64,000 nucleotides of DNA from Marsupella aquatica. Lineage: Eukaryota; Plantae; Marchantiophyta. The notes beneath the pieces were generated by a model, which was not told where the DNA came from, searched no databases, and was given only the letters and a program-made list of their open reading frames with translations. A program made the position numbers and the translations under genes. The DNA lies in the NCBI GenBank assembly GCA_973895155.1, contig OZ316891.1, positions 31,503,112 to 31,567,111 on the forward strand. The letters run 5' to 3'. Shown here piece after piece: positions 13,301 to 27,157 of this stretch; within the stretch, counting starts at the first letter, position 1, and the number at the start of each line of letters is the position of its first letter.

Positions 13301-16300
13301 TTCAAATGGGTCTGAGTCTGGTATGAGCAATGAAGTGAACGAAATTTTAATTAAACGGGTAGCCCAGGCCGTTCCATCCACCTTAGGTTAAGTCCATGGA
13401 TTGACAGGCAGCAGAGGACATTGTGGGGAAGAGATAGCAAGTCCAGAGCTCATTCAATACAATACATTTTTCCAGGTCTTTGCGTATTTGTTTTCACTGT
13501 TGTAATGAATCCAAAAAAGATCGAGATTTCATCACTTGAACCATATAAGTATTTCTTCAGAACTCGCCTGTAAACTGCTCTGGCACCTCCACTGCAATCT
13601 GTTCCTGTCGGTCTGCATCATATATCTTACGGTCAAGCTTCCAATGCAGCACGTCTCCTCGAAGCTCGTCACGCAGCCGATATCATCCTTCTTTTATAAT
13701 TGAACGGAATCGATTCTGATCTAAATTTAAGAGTCAGCCCAGCATCTGAGCTGGTAATCCATGGAGATAATCCTGCTTCCAGAATGGTGGGGAAGTGGGT
13801 GAGGTTTGTCGCATTATGGGATGTAAGTTTATTATCCAGATCGTCGGCTTTGTCAATTGCTGTGGTAATTTCACCGAGGAAGGTTTCCCTACCTTTTTCG
13901 CCAGTCTCGGCCAAAAGACCACCAGTTGACGCTAAGAATACCTACATAATATTCTTTCCAGTCCTACCTTGCCAGCCTGCACGAGTTTTGGTCCAGTCTG
14001 GAGATAATATCTTAAGGTATCTTCGTGTGTCGGAGCTCATGCCTCCATTTCAGGTGACCACCTGTCTTCAGGCCGCTAGACTAAACACAGAAAGCTCTGC
14101 CGCAGTAGCTGTGTTGAACGAAGTAGAAAGTACGATTTTAGGGCGATGAGTCGTATGGTTTCAAAACTGCCTCTTCGTTAGTATTTTAATACCAAACAGC
14201 TCCCCATAGTTCATAGTTGGCCTCTCAATGCGCCACAAAACAGCCGGTGCCTCAAGACTTAAGAATCAGTGCTCTTGGGCTCTGTTTGGTTGTGAGGTTT
14301 CGTGCTAAGGACATTATTTTCCTCTTGAGTGTTGTCCCCGTTTTGCTGGTCTTGGGCTTTTCTGCGCCTGGCCCCCTGTCCCTTGTTCTGGGTTTTTTTG
14401 CCATAGTCGGCATGCGGGTATCCCCCATCCGTGGGGTTCATGCGGAATAAAGTTGGGGAAATTTAAACAAATAATGGACTGGAAAGTGTAGAGTGAAACG
14501 TTTTTATTAAGCTAATACGTCAGTATGTTCAATAGTTTCTTTCCATATGCAATTTAGCTAATATAATGGGATCAGTGCAATCGGTTTATTAGAACTAGAA
14601 TGTACAATTACACGAAAAGTCGTTATGGTAAGCTATGTGCGCCGAGTAGTTTGGATTGTCTCGTAGAGAGAGATCACAGAAAGGGATTGATCCGAGACAT
14701 AAGGACAGAACCCGTTCTGTGCCGTAGCTAATATGTCATTATTCTATCCGTCGGTCTGTTTCCAACGTGTAATCATCAGAACCTAAGTTGCCAATTCAGA
14801 GATTTAGGATGGTTTAATCAGAGGTGCCTACTTGCTGAATGACAATTCACCACTCGATAAACGCCTTACTTAAGTCGTCCAATTTCCTGTTATCTATCAC
14901 TTTCCTTCTCGACGTTTGTTACAAGCACTCACAGCAAGCACTTTTATTAGAGATATTGTTCAGGATTGATCCTTGCTGTTAACTCTGATCTCAGCACACA
15001 AACATCGATCTTCACAAATAAGTCATTAGGTCTGGGGATCAACTTGTCATTAGGCGAATTGATATTGAATTGTGATTGCAATTGAGCAATTGTGAACTTG
15101 TGAAAGTTTGCGAGAATTTGGACAATTTGATTCAAAATCAATTTTGCAAACCGATTTCAGATTGAATCTTATTGCATGATCATCCTTCAATTTCTTAGAT
15201 TCCTCATCCATCCTTTGATTTCTATGCCTGCTTTTGTCAATCGTGCCTAGTCTAGGTTGCAGTTTTTCTAAACTTCGTGGCAATTACTGCCATATCTGGA
15301 AACAATGAAACATGTTATTATCAATGGTTCACAGTCTCTACAAGATACTAGATGGAAGAGAACCTAGATCCTCCTCCACTACCCCGAACTACTGCTACTC
15401 TAGGAGAGGCTGAGGCTTCTGCTGGGATCAATGTTTTAATTACAGGAGGCAACACTACACATTGCCTGCTACAGGTCTCGTAGCGTTGCTGTCTAGGGCC
15501 AGGGAATCTCATGGCATGAATTCAATAACCTGTCTAACTACATTGCACCTCACGTTTTTCGCTTTCAATCTGCCCATCTGTGTTCGACATGTTGGTTTAC
15601 ATGTTTGAGGCAAAAGATGAAGTGATCCAGATTCACGGTAAGGATAGCCTGCTTACTCTCAAAAGGGGAAAATATCCCTAATTTCTCCTTTTTGGCTCCT
15701 AACTGAATGACTTGCTGCCGCTGGAGGGGGAAATCAGCGATCAATAGGCCAAACTGACTATCTTGAGAAGTCTCAAAACGTTTATTGCCTCCATTGGTTC
15801 AGAAACATCTTCTGGTCGTTGCCTATAAATTCCACTTGTTCTTAACAAAAAAACACTCATGAAATCTGAAGGCCTTGACGAGTGCCCTTGCTGTGCGCTG
15901 ACAGTCTCCTAAGAATAAACAGAATTTGAACAACTTTTCATGTGGCTTCTGCCACAAAAATGTCAATTCTGGAAGTCTCTACTTCTACAGAAGCATTCAC
16001 CCTCTTCTAGTAACGTGCTCTGATCCACGGTAAATATTGCAATGACACAGGCCGTCACTGTTGACAATATAGAAGCGTGTAGCACTGAAGAAAGAGGCAC
16101 TTCATCAAGCTAACCCGTCAATCAGCAAGGCCTCATCAGCTAGGCACAGATCCTCGACTGCATGTAGACGCTGCTGCTTCCCAGCAATTGACTCCCCCGA
16201 GGGCATGCTTTCCTCCCTATGGAACATATCCACAACCACGACAATTCACTCTGACTGATGGCTCTTCTTGCAATATTTCAGTCAAGCTAGCTCCTTGAGA

Positions 16301-19300
16301 GGCAGCACTTACGAAATGTCATCCGTGTCCCATGTTCCGGTAAACTCCTAAGCTTCGCCATGCAGCTCAGTATTAATCAGGGTTCCCTATCTCTTGACAA
16401 GAATGTGATCCACATTTATGATGACAACCAGTCCCTTAGAGACAGATATCCCAGAGTCCATAGCTTCTGGGAGAGTCTGTTTACTCGATAGCATGCCCCT
16501 TTGTCAACATTGTGGCCAAAGTAAAGGTCTCAGGTAGACATAGTTGGCAAACAGATGGCAACCGGACTGAAAGGTATGACATCCAAACATGGTCTGGCCT
16601 GCGTTTTTGCGCCGCAAACAAATTCTACAAGGTGGAGGAACCTGTTCCGTACTCCTTGCATTGGTGCACTCTGACATATGCTGACCACTTTCTACACCAG
16701 CTCGTAGTCGCTTTTGCTAAGTTTCCACATTCATTTACGATTTTACCCCGTATATTTACATTTACCTTCTCCCCAACAATCACTAAGCTCTCTGAAGATT
16801 CAGAAAATCTGTACTTGTGCCGAAACATAGACTGGCCATAAACTTCGTGTCTTGCGCCCAGATAAATGATTATTACTCCAAATCTTCAGATTTTCAGCTT
16901 CTCTACAGTAAGGGCATCCTCAACCAGTGTTCTACCCCTGCCACCCCTCGTCATAATATTGTACTTGGGAAAAATAACCGCACTCTAGGCGTAAGTTATA
17001 AGCTCTCTGAAAAGACCGATTGTGGAGAAGCTTTACCGCTCATTATCTGCAAAACCGCACACCGAATAAGTCTCTTCCTAATTTTGTGAGTCCACACCTA
17101 TGCTGCCAAATTTTGGCTGTATTGTTATACTAATGTACAACCAGCCAACTGCCAGAAACTTGACCAATCCACAAGTACATTCCGTTAGTCTACGAAGACT
17201 AATCAAAATCCTGTACATTGCAGCGGATTTCTGACCGACGGATTCCCAGGTCTGGTCTTCAAACCCCCACCTCTGCTTGGAGACGGGTGCCGAGAATTCA
17301 GAGTAGTGTCAGCTTAGATGACATAAGGTGGGTGGATAGTGAGTTTAAACTTGTGTTAGGTAGGAAGCGTAAAGTGCACCTTGCTATGGCAGTCACTTTC
17401 TTGCCCTTACTACTGAAGCCCCACGTATTCAATTTTCTGAAGATGCATGTGGCAGGAACATATTATGTAGACTGTTCCAAAATGTTGTAGGAATGCCCCC
17501 TGGTTTCGCAAGGTTCCGCTACTGTAAATCAATCAGTATAGAAATGAGGCGAGCTGTTCTGTTACATGCTGCTAGACTGACATTTGAAGTACGATGCAGC
17601 GGTTTTGTACATACGTGCCAAGCCAAATTGGTAGCTTTGCGATTATGGGTCTCTAAGAATATTGTTGATGCTTATTTCAAAGGCAGTTTTAATCAATCCT
17701 GAACATAGCAGTTTGATGTTCAGGCATCAATTTCAGCACAGTAGGTAAGAGTAGGTACAGTGTAATTCTCTTTATGCTGTGAGATATTAGAGAAAATATA
17801 ATCAATGTGAAGTAGGATCCTGTAGTTTACGGAGATCAACCTTTTATCCACATGCTCTGTGTGCATGATCTACGACCTCAGACTTTACCCTTCCACATAA
17901 ACTTAATTAGATTTCCATTATTACCAATTTCTCCTTAGTATGTTCTTGATAATAATAAAAATAGCCATAATCACTTCAAGATGAAAGTAGGTGTGCTAGG
18001 GCCTTGGAGGTTTTAGTGATAGAACAGCCAGTGAGTAAGCCACCTCCTCGTAACTTGGTCGGGTTGCTCACCAATCAAAGTATTACTATTACGATCTGTT
18101 TCTAATGTGATGGTACTGTTCCACAAGTTCCCCACTCTCCATTTGCATACGACCACCTTCCTGGTTTAAAGAAAAGTCTTGTCCTCCTGGACAGCTCGCA
18201 CCAGACCAGACATCTGTCTGCCGATGTCTGCCTCATCAGTTGAAGCCTTCCCTCTGTGTCAATCAGAATTCTTGTTCTTTCCAGTCAACCTTTGAAATTA
18301 GTCTCCGGTGATATTTGTAGAGCGGACAGGGGCTACATTTCAAAAGTATTCCTTTTCAAATTTGTAAGAATATCTGATTCGGAGACTGTATATTTGTTAC
18401 CTGGTTGGCAGACTTAAGACCTTATGTATGAGAGAAGGTTGAATCTGATTGTTTCCTTGGTTATTGACAGGCCCGACTAATCGGCGGAAAAGTGATTCCT
18501 GCAATTATCACGTCAACAGCAATCGTGGGAGGTCTCATGTGTTTAGAAATGTACAAAGTGCTACAATGCAAACCTTTGACTGACTACAAACACGCTTACT
18601 TCAACCTTGCTGTGCCATTTTTCACTTTTGCACAGCCCGTCAAAGCTGTAGAACACACGGTACAATGTCTAATCTCTCACCGAAAATTGTGACTGACGTT
18701 GTTGACCTGCACGGCACTGCGATTGTAAGTAATTTAGAGATAATTTCAGAAGTGAATTTGGAGGCTGGCAAATCAATAATGTTGGTTGATCCAATGTCAG
18801 TCGGTGCACAGGATTGGTGTTCGAGTAGCCTTGGGAGATTGTTTCGCCATAATTTCACGTTGTTACAGTTGATGTTCATTATGGGATCCCTTTGGCACAA
18901 CTCCCTTCACTGGGTTGCACAAAGCTGGTCTATTTCTTGTTTTTCAGTATCCCTTTTTTATTTTGATGGATTGTTCTGGACACGCTAACATAGGTTGCGA
19001 GGCGACAAGGAGCTCCATTGTCATGGACTTTATGGGATAGATTTGAATTGGATTGTGTCGGTATGTCTCTAGAGGCGTTTTTGGCAGAGTTTAAACGTCA
19101 GCAAGGACTTGAGGTAAACACCAATGACCATCCTCGTATGTGAGTTCTAGTTTCTCTTGAGGCACTTGGTACTTTAAAAGATTGAGAGTACTTTCAGTTT
19201 CTCCTTCCACTGAGTGGGTCCCACCCCGTGTTCACTGCATCTAGTTTTTCAGAATGATTTTCCCGGGCCAAAGCATACTGGCACCAACAGACATCCCATT

Positions 19301-19756
19301 TTGTTTCCGGACAGGTTTTTGTGGAAATTTTACAAGTGTGCAGAAACGCTCGTTATATTCAGGGAACAACTTTTCTTGTCCCCATTGATGTCGTAACAGA
19401 TTTGGAAGTTTAAGGTGATATGGAGTGAGTTGGACTAACAGAAACTTGTCCTCAAGCTTCTTGGCATATATGATATACAGATATTTGCTGACTGTACCTT
19501 CTGATTTAAGAAGACACTTTTGTATTGCTCTTCGCAGATTACCATGATATCTCATGGAAGGAGCTTACTTTATGCAGAGTTTCTTCCTAAGAAAAAGCTA
19601 CAAGACAGATTACCTCTTCCTCTCTTAGAACTTATCAATGTAATTGGTAAAGTGACAGTCCCAGCAACGGAAAGCACAATAACGTTCTCAATTTCCTGCA
19701 CTGATGTCAATGATGATGATGTTGAGGTACCGGACGTGGTAGCACGCGTGCGATAG
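4318..19756 (+). CDS. UBA1: Ubiquitin-activating enzyme E1 (UBA1-like, divergent), 12 exons, 1106 aa
   Basis: Exons 4318-5670, 8593-8763, 8950-9247, 10089-10204, 10816-11099, 11205-11271, 11952-12185, 12453-12596, 12981-13106, 18471-18659, 18994-19113 and 19538-19756. All introns are GT-AG, phases are consistent, total 3321 nt. Motifs: YSR/GCKGVGAEIAKN, HGLEDGD (FCCH), GAGGLGSEVLKN, PICTLKNFP (catalytic Cys 10888-10890), PFWSGTKRAP, FQKDD, IPAIITSTA, WTLWDRF/VEVPDV (UFD). Confidence 0.93.
6150..7500 (+). mobile_element. Highly degenerate Ty1/copia RT-RNaseH remnant in E1 intron 1
   Basis: Fragments resemble RRSTR (~6167), xITRPDLA (6825-6850) and the WR..Q..V..ST RNase H segment (~7340-7390). 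Many stops and frameshifts. Confidence 0.4.
15500..17100 (+). mobile_element. Degenerate Ty3/gypsy pol remnant (possibly with an additional RNase H) in E1 intron 9
   Basis: LKALTSA-like RT/RNaseH linker (~15866), TDGSS (~16253), IHIY (~16408) and KVK (~16518) fragments. No intact ORF. Confidence 0.4.
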
Positions 19757-20799
19757 CTGAACTGTATTTATACCCAGTAAAACGGTTAGAAAGAAAACTG
19801 TGAAATGACCTTTTTGCAAACGCACAAGTTACTCAAGGAGTGATGCAGGAGTTGTGGTACGGTTTTCTATCAACATATTCCCAATGGATCTGTGAGGTTG
19901 CTTGGCAGAGGCAGTCTACAAATAAATCATGCGACTTGACTTGAATTCCAGAAGGTGGTATTCCAGAGATATCTTAGGGATATTGGATCTTTAATTACTT
20001 CTCTACTCCTGAGTACGTTGACACATAGGGGTCATCAGACTGGATGATTTTTCATGATTGGTTCTGACGTAGAAACGTTGTGGATCTGATAGTAGTATTT
20101 GAATGACGGCAAAGGAGGAATAAGGTTGGTGTCCAGATACATTTTACGGTTGTGACCACTAGACTCTTACTTAGTACTGAGTTCTGAACGCAAATGGACA
20201 AACGGAATCCTGGGGAATGCTTGTGAGAAATTGTAGAAAAGGCGTTTTAAGGGGGTGGGGTTCGGGGCTAGGGATGGAGAGGTTTTTGCCCAAATTTCTG
20301 ACGATGTGAAAGTTAATACTCTGATGGAAATTGAATTGAAATGCTTAGTAGTACCTCTGTTGAAACTGATGACATTAGACTCTTTTCATGAGAAATCTGG
20401 TGAGGCAGTTGTCACCACTATTCTCACGACTACCAGAACGCCTTTGTCCACAAAAATTGAATTATACCTCATGAAGAGCAATGTTAATCATAGTTGAGAA
20501 GAGTTTCCTTCCAATCCACATACCTTGGTCCAGGTGCTAGCATTGTAGGTGGGGATGTTGTTCCTATTATGAGATTGTGATACCATGAACCCAAGAATTG
20601 GAGGGTTGTAGGCTAATGTTCCTTCAGAAATTTAAGCCTGGATGGACCTCAATGTTTGACAAAATGTGTCTTGTTTGAAAGTGGAGAGCTCCCCCAGAAA
20701 TTGAAGCCTGAATGAACCTCCTTGTTTGCCAAAATGCCCTGATAGACTTTTGACAGGGCTCACAGACTTGGTCCTTGGGAGCCTCATTTTTGTCATAGA

Positions 20800-21111
20800 G
20801 TAAAGCACAACTCCGTTTGAAATTTTCATAAAAATCCACTTCACTCTCATTATTTTCCAGAGTTGCAATGGCCAACTGCAAACTTAAAGTACAATATCCT
20901 TATGTGCTCTTTCCAAATGGGTGACTTACAAGTTCAAGTGGCTGCATGATGACAACTAACTCATAAAGTGGATTTGCAAGGTCAAATGGCTTCTCCCTTT
21001 ACTCTGTCTTCAGGTTGATCTAAGTCAGTATGTGTGAGCTTAAACCATATCTAGCATCCTGGTGGAGACACCTATAGTGGACTGAGCCCAGATTCTTTCT
21101 TTAAGAGAATA
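20800..21111 (-). repeat. Inverted copy of 2843-3140, embedded in a longer unclassified TE-like remnant
   Basis: Direct reverse-complement comparison. It also contains a duplicated cctatagt..ccagattctttctt..agag unit (21071-21116 and 21145-21190). Confidence 0.85.
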
Positions 21112-23210
21112 AGGCACACCATGTTCGGCATCCTCTTAGAGGCACCTATAGTAGGCCAAGTCCAGATTCTTTCTTCAAGAGAGAAGGGCAGAGGGGATTG
21201 GCTTCAGGTCAATTCAACCATCCCACACATGAAGTTTTCATAGGAGTTCTTGATAACCCTACATCTTGAACCACAACCACTTAGTGTGGCTTGACCTACT
21301 TCTTTTACATTGTAAAGCCTCATGATGACATAGGAATCCATCTTCTTTGGTGTAGTACATAGAGAGACCATATTTGTTTATAATGCCATGAGAGACACTA
21401 CTGCCTAGGTCTTCTCAAGGACTTTGGTATAGGTGAGGTGGGAGGTCGAGCTTGATGTGCCTGGTGCAAGATGGCAGCCATACCTTGGCTGATGTTGTGA
21501 TCAGCCAAGGTAACCCTTTTTGTCAGGACATCTTCGGGATAGCAACATCGCATGCAAGGGCAGCAGGGACATGGTCAACAACGTCAAAAGAGTATAAATA
21601 TGCAGCATGAATGTAATTAGATAGCTTCCTCACCCTTGCAATTGAGATATTTGGGACATTTCATCATCAATTTGATGGGTCCTTGGACGGATAGCTTGAG
21701 ACATTCACCCGCGGACTGGTTCCATAGGACCACCATTATCTGTTTTGATGACAGACTTTTGTCACCGGATGTTGGTGACCTTACAAGATGTTCAAGCCCA
21801 ACAATTTGTTGTAGAAGTCTAGCAATGGGTATTAGTGCACATCAAACAAGCTTGCCCCTGTAGAGGAGACACCCGTGTCCTGCCTCTTGACTTAGTTACA
21901 ACACTAAATGTGAACAATTGGATTGCCATGACAATGTTACATTGATGAATATGTATTTCTTAGTTGTTTTTTCTTCTCTAAGTTTAAGGGGTTTTCTCTC
22001 ACCCTCTTCTTTGGAGAATTGGGTTTGTCCTCTTTCTACCATACTTTCACTCCATTGTACTTTGTTTGCCCCTTTTTAGTAAATTGGTCATTTTCTCTCT
22101 TCAAATGTGAATGTACGAATTGAGTTCCTCCATTGTTAAATTTCTCTTTAGAGAAAGAGAGAGACCCAGGACAGAATCACTCACTTAAGGGAAAAGCAAG
22201 TACACACAATCAAATGGAGACAACTTGGCAGTGAATAATTTATCCATGTCTCATTTGCTAGCTCATACAACCAGGTCAAATGGTAAAGGTTTGTAACCTT
22301 CAAGGAATGGTAAGGTTCCCATCTAACCTCCGGCTCTCTATTCCTAAAGTTGACTAAACCCGCATCAGAAACTGCCACAACTATCAGGTCCGTAATAATT
22401 TTGGGGAGTCCTGGTTGAAATCAGGTGCTCTAGATGGTGTTTGTCTGTTCAGGATAGAGTTCATACAGACCTTCGACCAGGAAATTTCAAACACCTATGT
22501 CAGAATTCATTCCGTAGATTTGAGTATGAATTGTTGTCTGAAAACATTTAGGTTGGAGAGGGGGAGATCGCGATTAGAAAGTTGAGTGACTAATTACCGC
22601 ACCGAATCATTCAAAGCAAAAAAATACACAAAATCTCACGAATTCTCACAAATTCAAAGTTGATAGATTGTCACAATATTCTCCAACGAGAGTATAATGG
22701 CAATCTGTCGACTTCTAGATAAAATTTGGGCCCTTCTTAACTTTGAGACGTGATATTGTAAATAGTCACTTGACATTCTATTTGGGATCGTCTCCCCTCT
22801 AATCTAAACGTCTTCCGAATCTTATCCATATTCAAATCTATGGAATGCCCATGGAATGACCTCTGACGAAAATGTTGAGGTTTCCTGGTCGAAGGCGCAT
22901 TTTGCGGACCTATTGTATAACAGTATAAGGGCTCCATGTCCACAAATCACGCCAACTGAGCCTAGGTGGGCCCTGGAAACCCAAATAATCCAGGCCGAAT
23001 GCAAGGCAATCAGTAAGGTTGCCACACAAAAGGAACCAACGCACCCATGACCTGCATTTACGGCTCGAGGCACGACAATGGTAGGCCGGAAAGAGAGCAG
23101 ATGTTGCGATCCCATCTGCTGGTTCGAATGTGTTTTTCTGTCCTGGCTGGCAAACATACTGTCCTTTCCATGGCGTGGGCCCAATGCGTCCGCCCTAAAC
23201 TCTCAGAAGT

Positions 23211-24090
23211 GGAGATCCGCGGTGGCTACTCCGAATCCCGGGCTGTCCCAAGCGAACAATGCTTGTAGCATTCACATTCTGCTAAGAATTACTCGACGTA
23301 GCTCATTATTAATGTTGGTCTAGTTGCTTTCCGGGGACCTGGTACCGAGCCGTGTGTAGTGCATGTGACGAATCCAGTGATCCCTGTCAGGTTCGCGTTA
23401 CCACTTATACACGGCCTCTCGCGATGTCCTTTGGGCAGAGGATTCCCAGTGAGGCCGTAGCTATACTCGACGTTCTTCTGCCTTTCAACCCTAAAGTGGA
23501 CAAAATCTATTTTTCAGCCGGGGATACTTTTTCGTCTCCCCATCCTGGTTCGAGTCCGGCTCAATTCGTGGCTGACGTCTCCTGCTGCCTGCAATTTGTG
23601 CGTTTGCATTGTTTTTCCAGACATGTCAAAGGACATGTCCGTTTAGGAGGTTCTATTAGGGTCCATCACAATCTAGATCAATTTTGTGCCCACATGCTGT
23701 TCTGAATGAATTGTCAAGCCTGCCCAATTTGCTATTTACGCAGTCTGCATATCACTTGTACACAAGTTCTTCTTTGAAGAAATGTCGTCAATTTTTCGTG
23801 TGGCATGCAGGACAATTTGGTTCGAAATGGGTTCTTTCTTGGAGGGAGATAAACAACAGCACTTGCGCCAAAGTTTTTCAGAGGGCAATGTGCAGGGATG
23901 GCAGTGGTTGCTTTGGGATTCAAAAGGAAGAAGTTTTCATACCTTTTCGTCTCAAAACTTGTGGTTTTGATTCTCAAGTTTGGATGGCAAAGCTGGGAGT
24001 AATTCTTAATAGACTCCGGCCACTCTTAGTTCTTAACAAAAGAGGAAGTGATCCTGGAGAAGATACTGCTGCTGCTATGCATCTCGGGAC
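23211..24090 (+). repeat. Orphan duplicate of the PPR-DYW upstream/leader region (copy of 25126-26030)
   Basis: Colinear similarity from ggagatc..ggtggcta..cccgggctgtc through gatactgct.ctgc.atgc. Part of it is also present inverted at ~37600-38020. Confidence 0.88.
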
Positions 24091-24126
24091 ATCTTACGAC
24101 TGCGTAAATGTCTGTTCTTGAAGAAA

Positions 24127-24756
24127 TGTCATATCACCATATATGGGACAAGTTTTATAGGGAGGATAGTTTTCCCTATAATTTTCCCATAGTTGAGAAT
24201 CCAACTGCTTTGTCTCCAATGAGTAGGTGTTAGTCCCTGGGGAATGCGATGGTCCAATTCGGGAACTGGGATATTTGACAACTTGAATTTTCCCAAATAA
24301 TGGACCAACAAAACTGTCAAATTGGCAGACTTCCCCTGGAATAAGAAGAGGAGTGAGAACCAAAGTGAAAAGGTGTGATTTCAAACACCTACACTTATTT
24401 TGAGTCTTGACTTGGTTCTAGCGATTCTTGTTTTCAATCTTATAGACCGATAGAGTTTTCTTCCATGCGATGAAAAGTTGATTAGCATCGAAAGATACGC
24501 TATTGTCAAATCAATACTGTAGGCAAGGCTCCTGTACGATGAACCTCTTGGATATAAAAGATAATATGAAGAAGACGACCTCTTCACATAAACGTCAAGG
24601 ACTAGTTTGTGCCTCTATCGTGTTAGGACAGCCCGAAACGCAACCCGGGGAAGAGTGCTAGTCGCCAATCATGAGCTTGGAAAACCCTGATTGAATGAAT
24701 GATTATCGTCCTCGTGCAATCAATCTGGTCTTGAGACAATTGAAGAGTCGTGAACA
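24127..24756 (+). repeat. ~630-670 bp dispersed repeat (LTR-like, starts TG), second copy at 50362-51033
   Basis: tgtcatatcacc...gagacaattgaagagt.gtgaacag is nearly identical to 50362-51033. No TSD found. Confidence 0.85.
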
Positions 24757-27157
24757 GTGATGTATTCTCTCAAACGACCACGGCATCGTTGTTTGATATT
24801 GAGTTAAGTTTTTCTTGGAGTGATGCAGATAGTTGTGCCCATTGAGAATCCTCAGGATCATCGTGCAGTCAGATCTCTTCTTTTACTCACCTCAATTGGA
24901 TCAGCGGCACAACCGTTTTAGGAAACCGTTGTAAGACGGGAGGCAATCAATTCCCAGTCGAATCGCAGTTCGGAAATGGAATAGCGCAGTTCGGCTCACT
25001 TAGCTGGGCTCAGTTCAGCTGAAGTCCGAGTGACAGAGGAAGGTTTGTGCGAGAAAATTCGAGTGACAGATCAGGCTAACAGTGCCCTTTCCTCCTCGCC
25101 ACCAAGATCTCTACATGAATCCAAGGAGATCTCCGGTGGCTATCCCGAGTCCCGGGCTGTCGCAAGCTAACAATGCTTGTAGAATTCACAATTTTCTCGA
25201 ATTACTCGTCGTAGCTCATTATTTAATGGTGCTTAAGTTGCTTCTCGGGGAGCTGGTGCCGACCTGTGTATAGCTGCATGCTGACGAATCCAGTGATCCC
25301 TGTGAGGTTCGTGTTTTACACGGCCTCTCACGATGTCCTTTGGGCAGAGAATATCTAGTAAGGCCCTAGCTATACTCGATGTTCTTCTGCGTTTCAACCC
25401 TAAATTGCTGGCCAACAATATTTCTCAACTCTTAGTACCCAAGGAAGCGGGGCAGAATCTCTTCTTCAACCCGCGATACAATTTCGACTCCCCGTCCTGG
25501 TTGAAGTGCTGCTCAATCCTCGGATGACGTCTCCTGCTGCCCGCAATCATGTGCAGTTGCCTCTTTTTTTTGCAGACATGTCGAACTTCAAAGGATACCT
25601 TCGTTTATGAGCTTCTTTTATTGCCCAATCTGGATCAATTTTGTTCCCACTTGCTTCGACTTGTTGTTCTGAAAGAATTGTCGAGCCTGCCCAATTTGCT
25701 AATTACACGGTCTGCATATCACTTGTTCACAAGTTCTTCTTTTAAGAGATGTCGTCAATTTTTGTTTGGTATGCAGGAGAATTCGGTTGGAAAAGGGTTC
25801 TTTCTTGGAGGGCGATAAACAAGAGCACTTGCGCCAAACTTTTTCAGAGGGCAATGTGCAGGTATGACGGTGGTTCGGTTGGGATTGGGAAGGAAGAGAT
25901 TTTCACAGTATTTGTTCTCAGAACTTGTAGTTTCGATTCTCAAGTTTGGATGGCAAAGCTGGGATAATTCTTAAAAGGAGTACAGCAATTCTTAGTGGAG
26001 ACGATACTGCTACTGCCATGCCTCTAGGGGTTCCTCCAACTGTTACGATGAGCTCAGATTCCTCTGCCCGGGTAAGGTTTCTCCAACAGAGCCTTGGCCT
26101 AGTGAATTTTCTTTCCTTAGTCTAAGGGGAAGGAAAGATGAGACTTGGAATTTGAGGGCTCTGCGAGAGTGCACGACCTACACTGATTGGAACTTTTGTC
26201 AAAGAGGGAGAATATTTCTCACAACTGTACTATTGAAAGCTCTCTATTCCAGGCACCGGAACGGAGCTGAATCAATGGAGATTTTGGATATGGAGCGTTG
26301 TAGGCAACACTCCACGGCCAGGTATGTTTAAGTTCGGATGCATGTCATTTTGTTGGATTATCATGAGACCAAACGATCGTGAGTACATTCTCAACAAAGA
26401 CGCTTGATTTGCAGAGTTCATCCTTCATCTTCCGGTTTGATTGGTATTGGCACCAGCCATTGTTCTTGTACAAGGCCTTCAGGTAATAAGACTGACAAGC
26501 GGTTTCAACGTCGTAATTACCTACTTTAAAACAAAAACACCCTTGTTCCAGCACCGTGTTGTGACATTTATAGTTGCATTGAATTTCCTTCTCTGAGACT
26601 TATCTGATGAAGAGTTGAATTTCAACTTTGATTCTGGGTTTCAACTCCAAGGAACACAGGGAGTCACATTCTGTCATATGTGTCTACTCTCAATGGATTC
26701 TGTAGAGCCAGTTTAAACAGTGCTGGGCAGGATTGATACTTGAGCTCCCTCGATATGCCTTTCAAAATTATCTCAGTATTCTATTCTAAGATCCTTGCAT
26801 TCTTGACAGATTGCCGTTACTATCAATTGAAAAGGAGTCACGTAACTTTTGCAAGTTATCTGTACCAAAGATCACAGCGGATAGAGAGGAAAATACATCT
26901 TCGCACGGAGGTAGGCATGCATCCGAGCTCTAGAGCCGTACCGGTCTGCTATCTATTTCTGAACATTTTATAGTAGATTTATCGTTGGGAAATATAGTCC
27001 TCAAGAAATAAAAGCAAATTCATTGCACCTCGTGGTCTCTCCTGGATTTGTCTTGTTATCAGTCACGCTTTCCAGATCTGATCGCGGGTTCTGGTGCTGA
27101 CAGAGGAAGCTCAGACCACATGAGTTGAATCATCAGATCACAAGGAAAGCACTTTGG

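Noticed and set aside
13400-14150. ORFs in E1 intron 9 (possible gag remnant on the minus strand)
   Set aside because: Only a faint degenerate zinc-knuckle resemblance; too weak to call.
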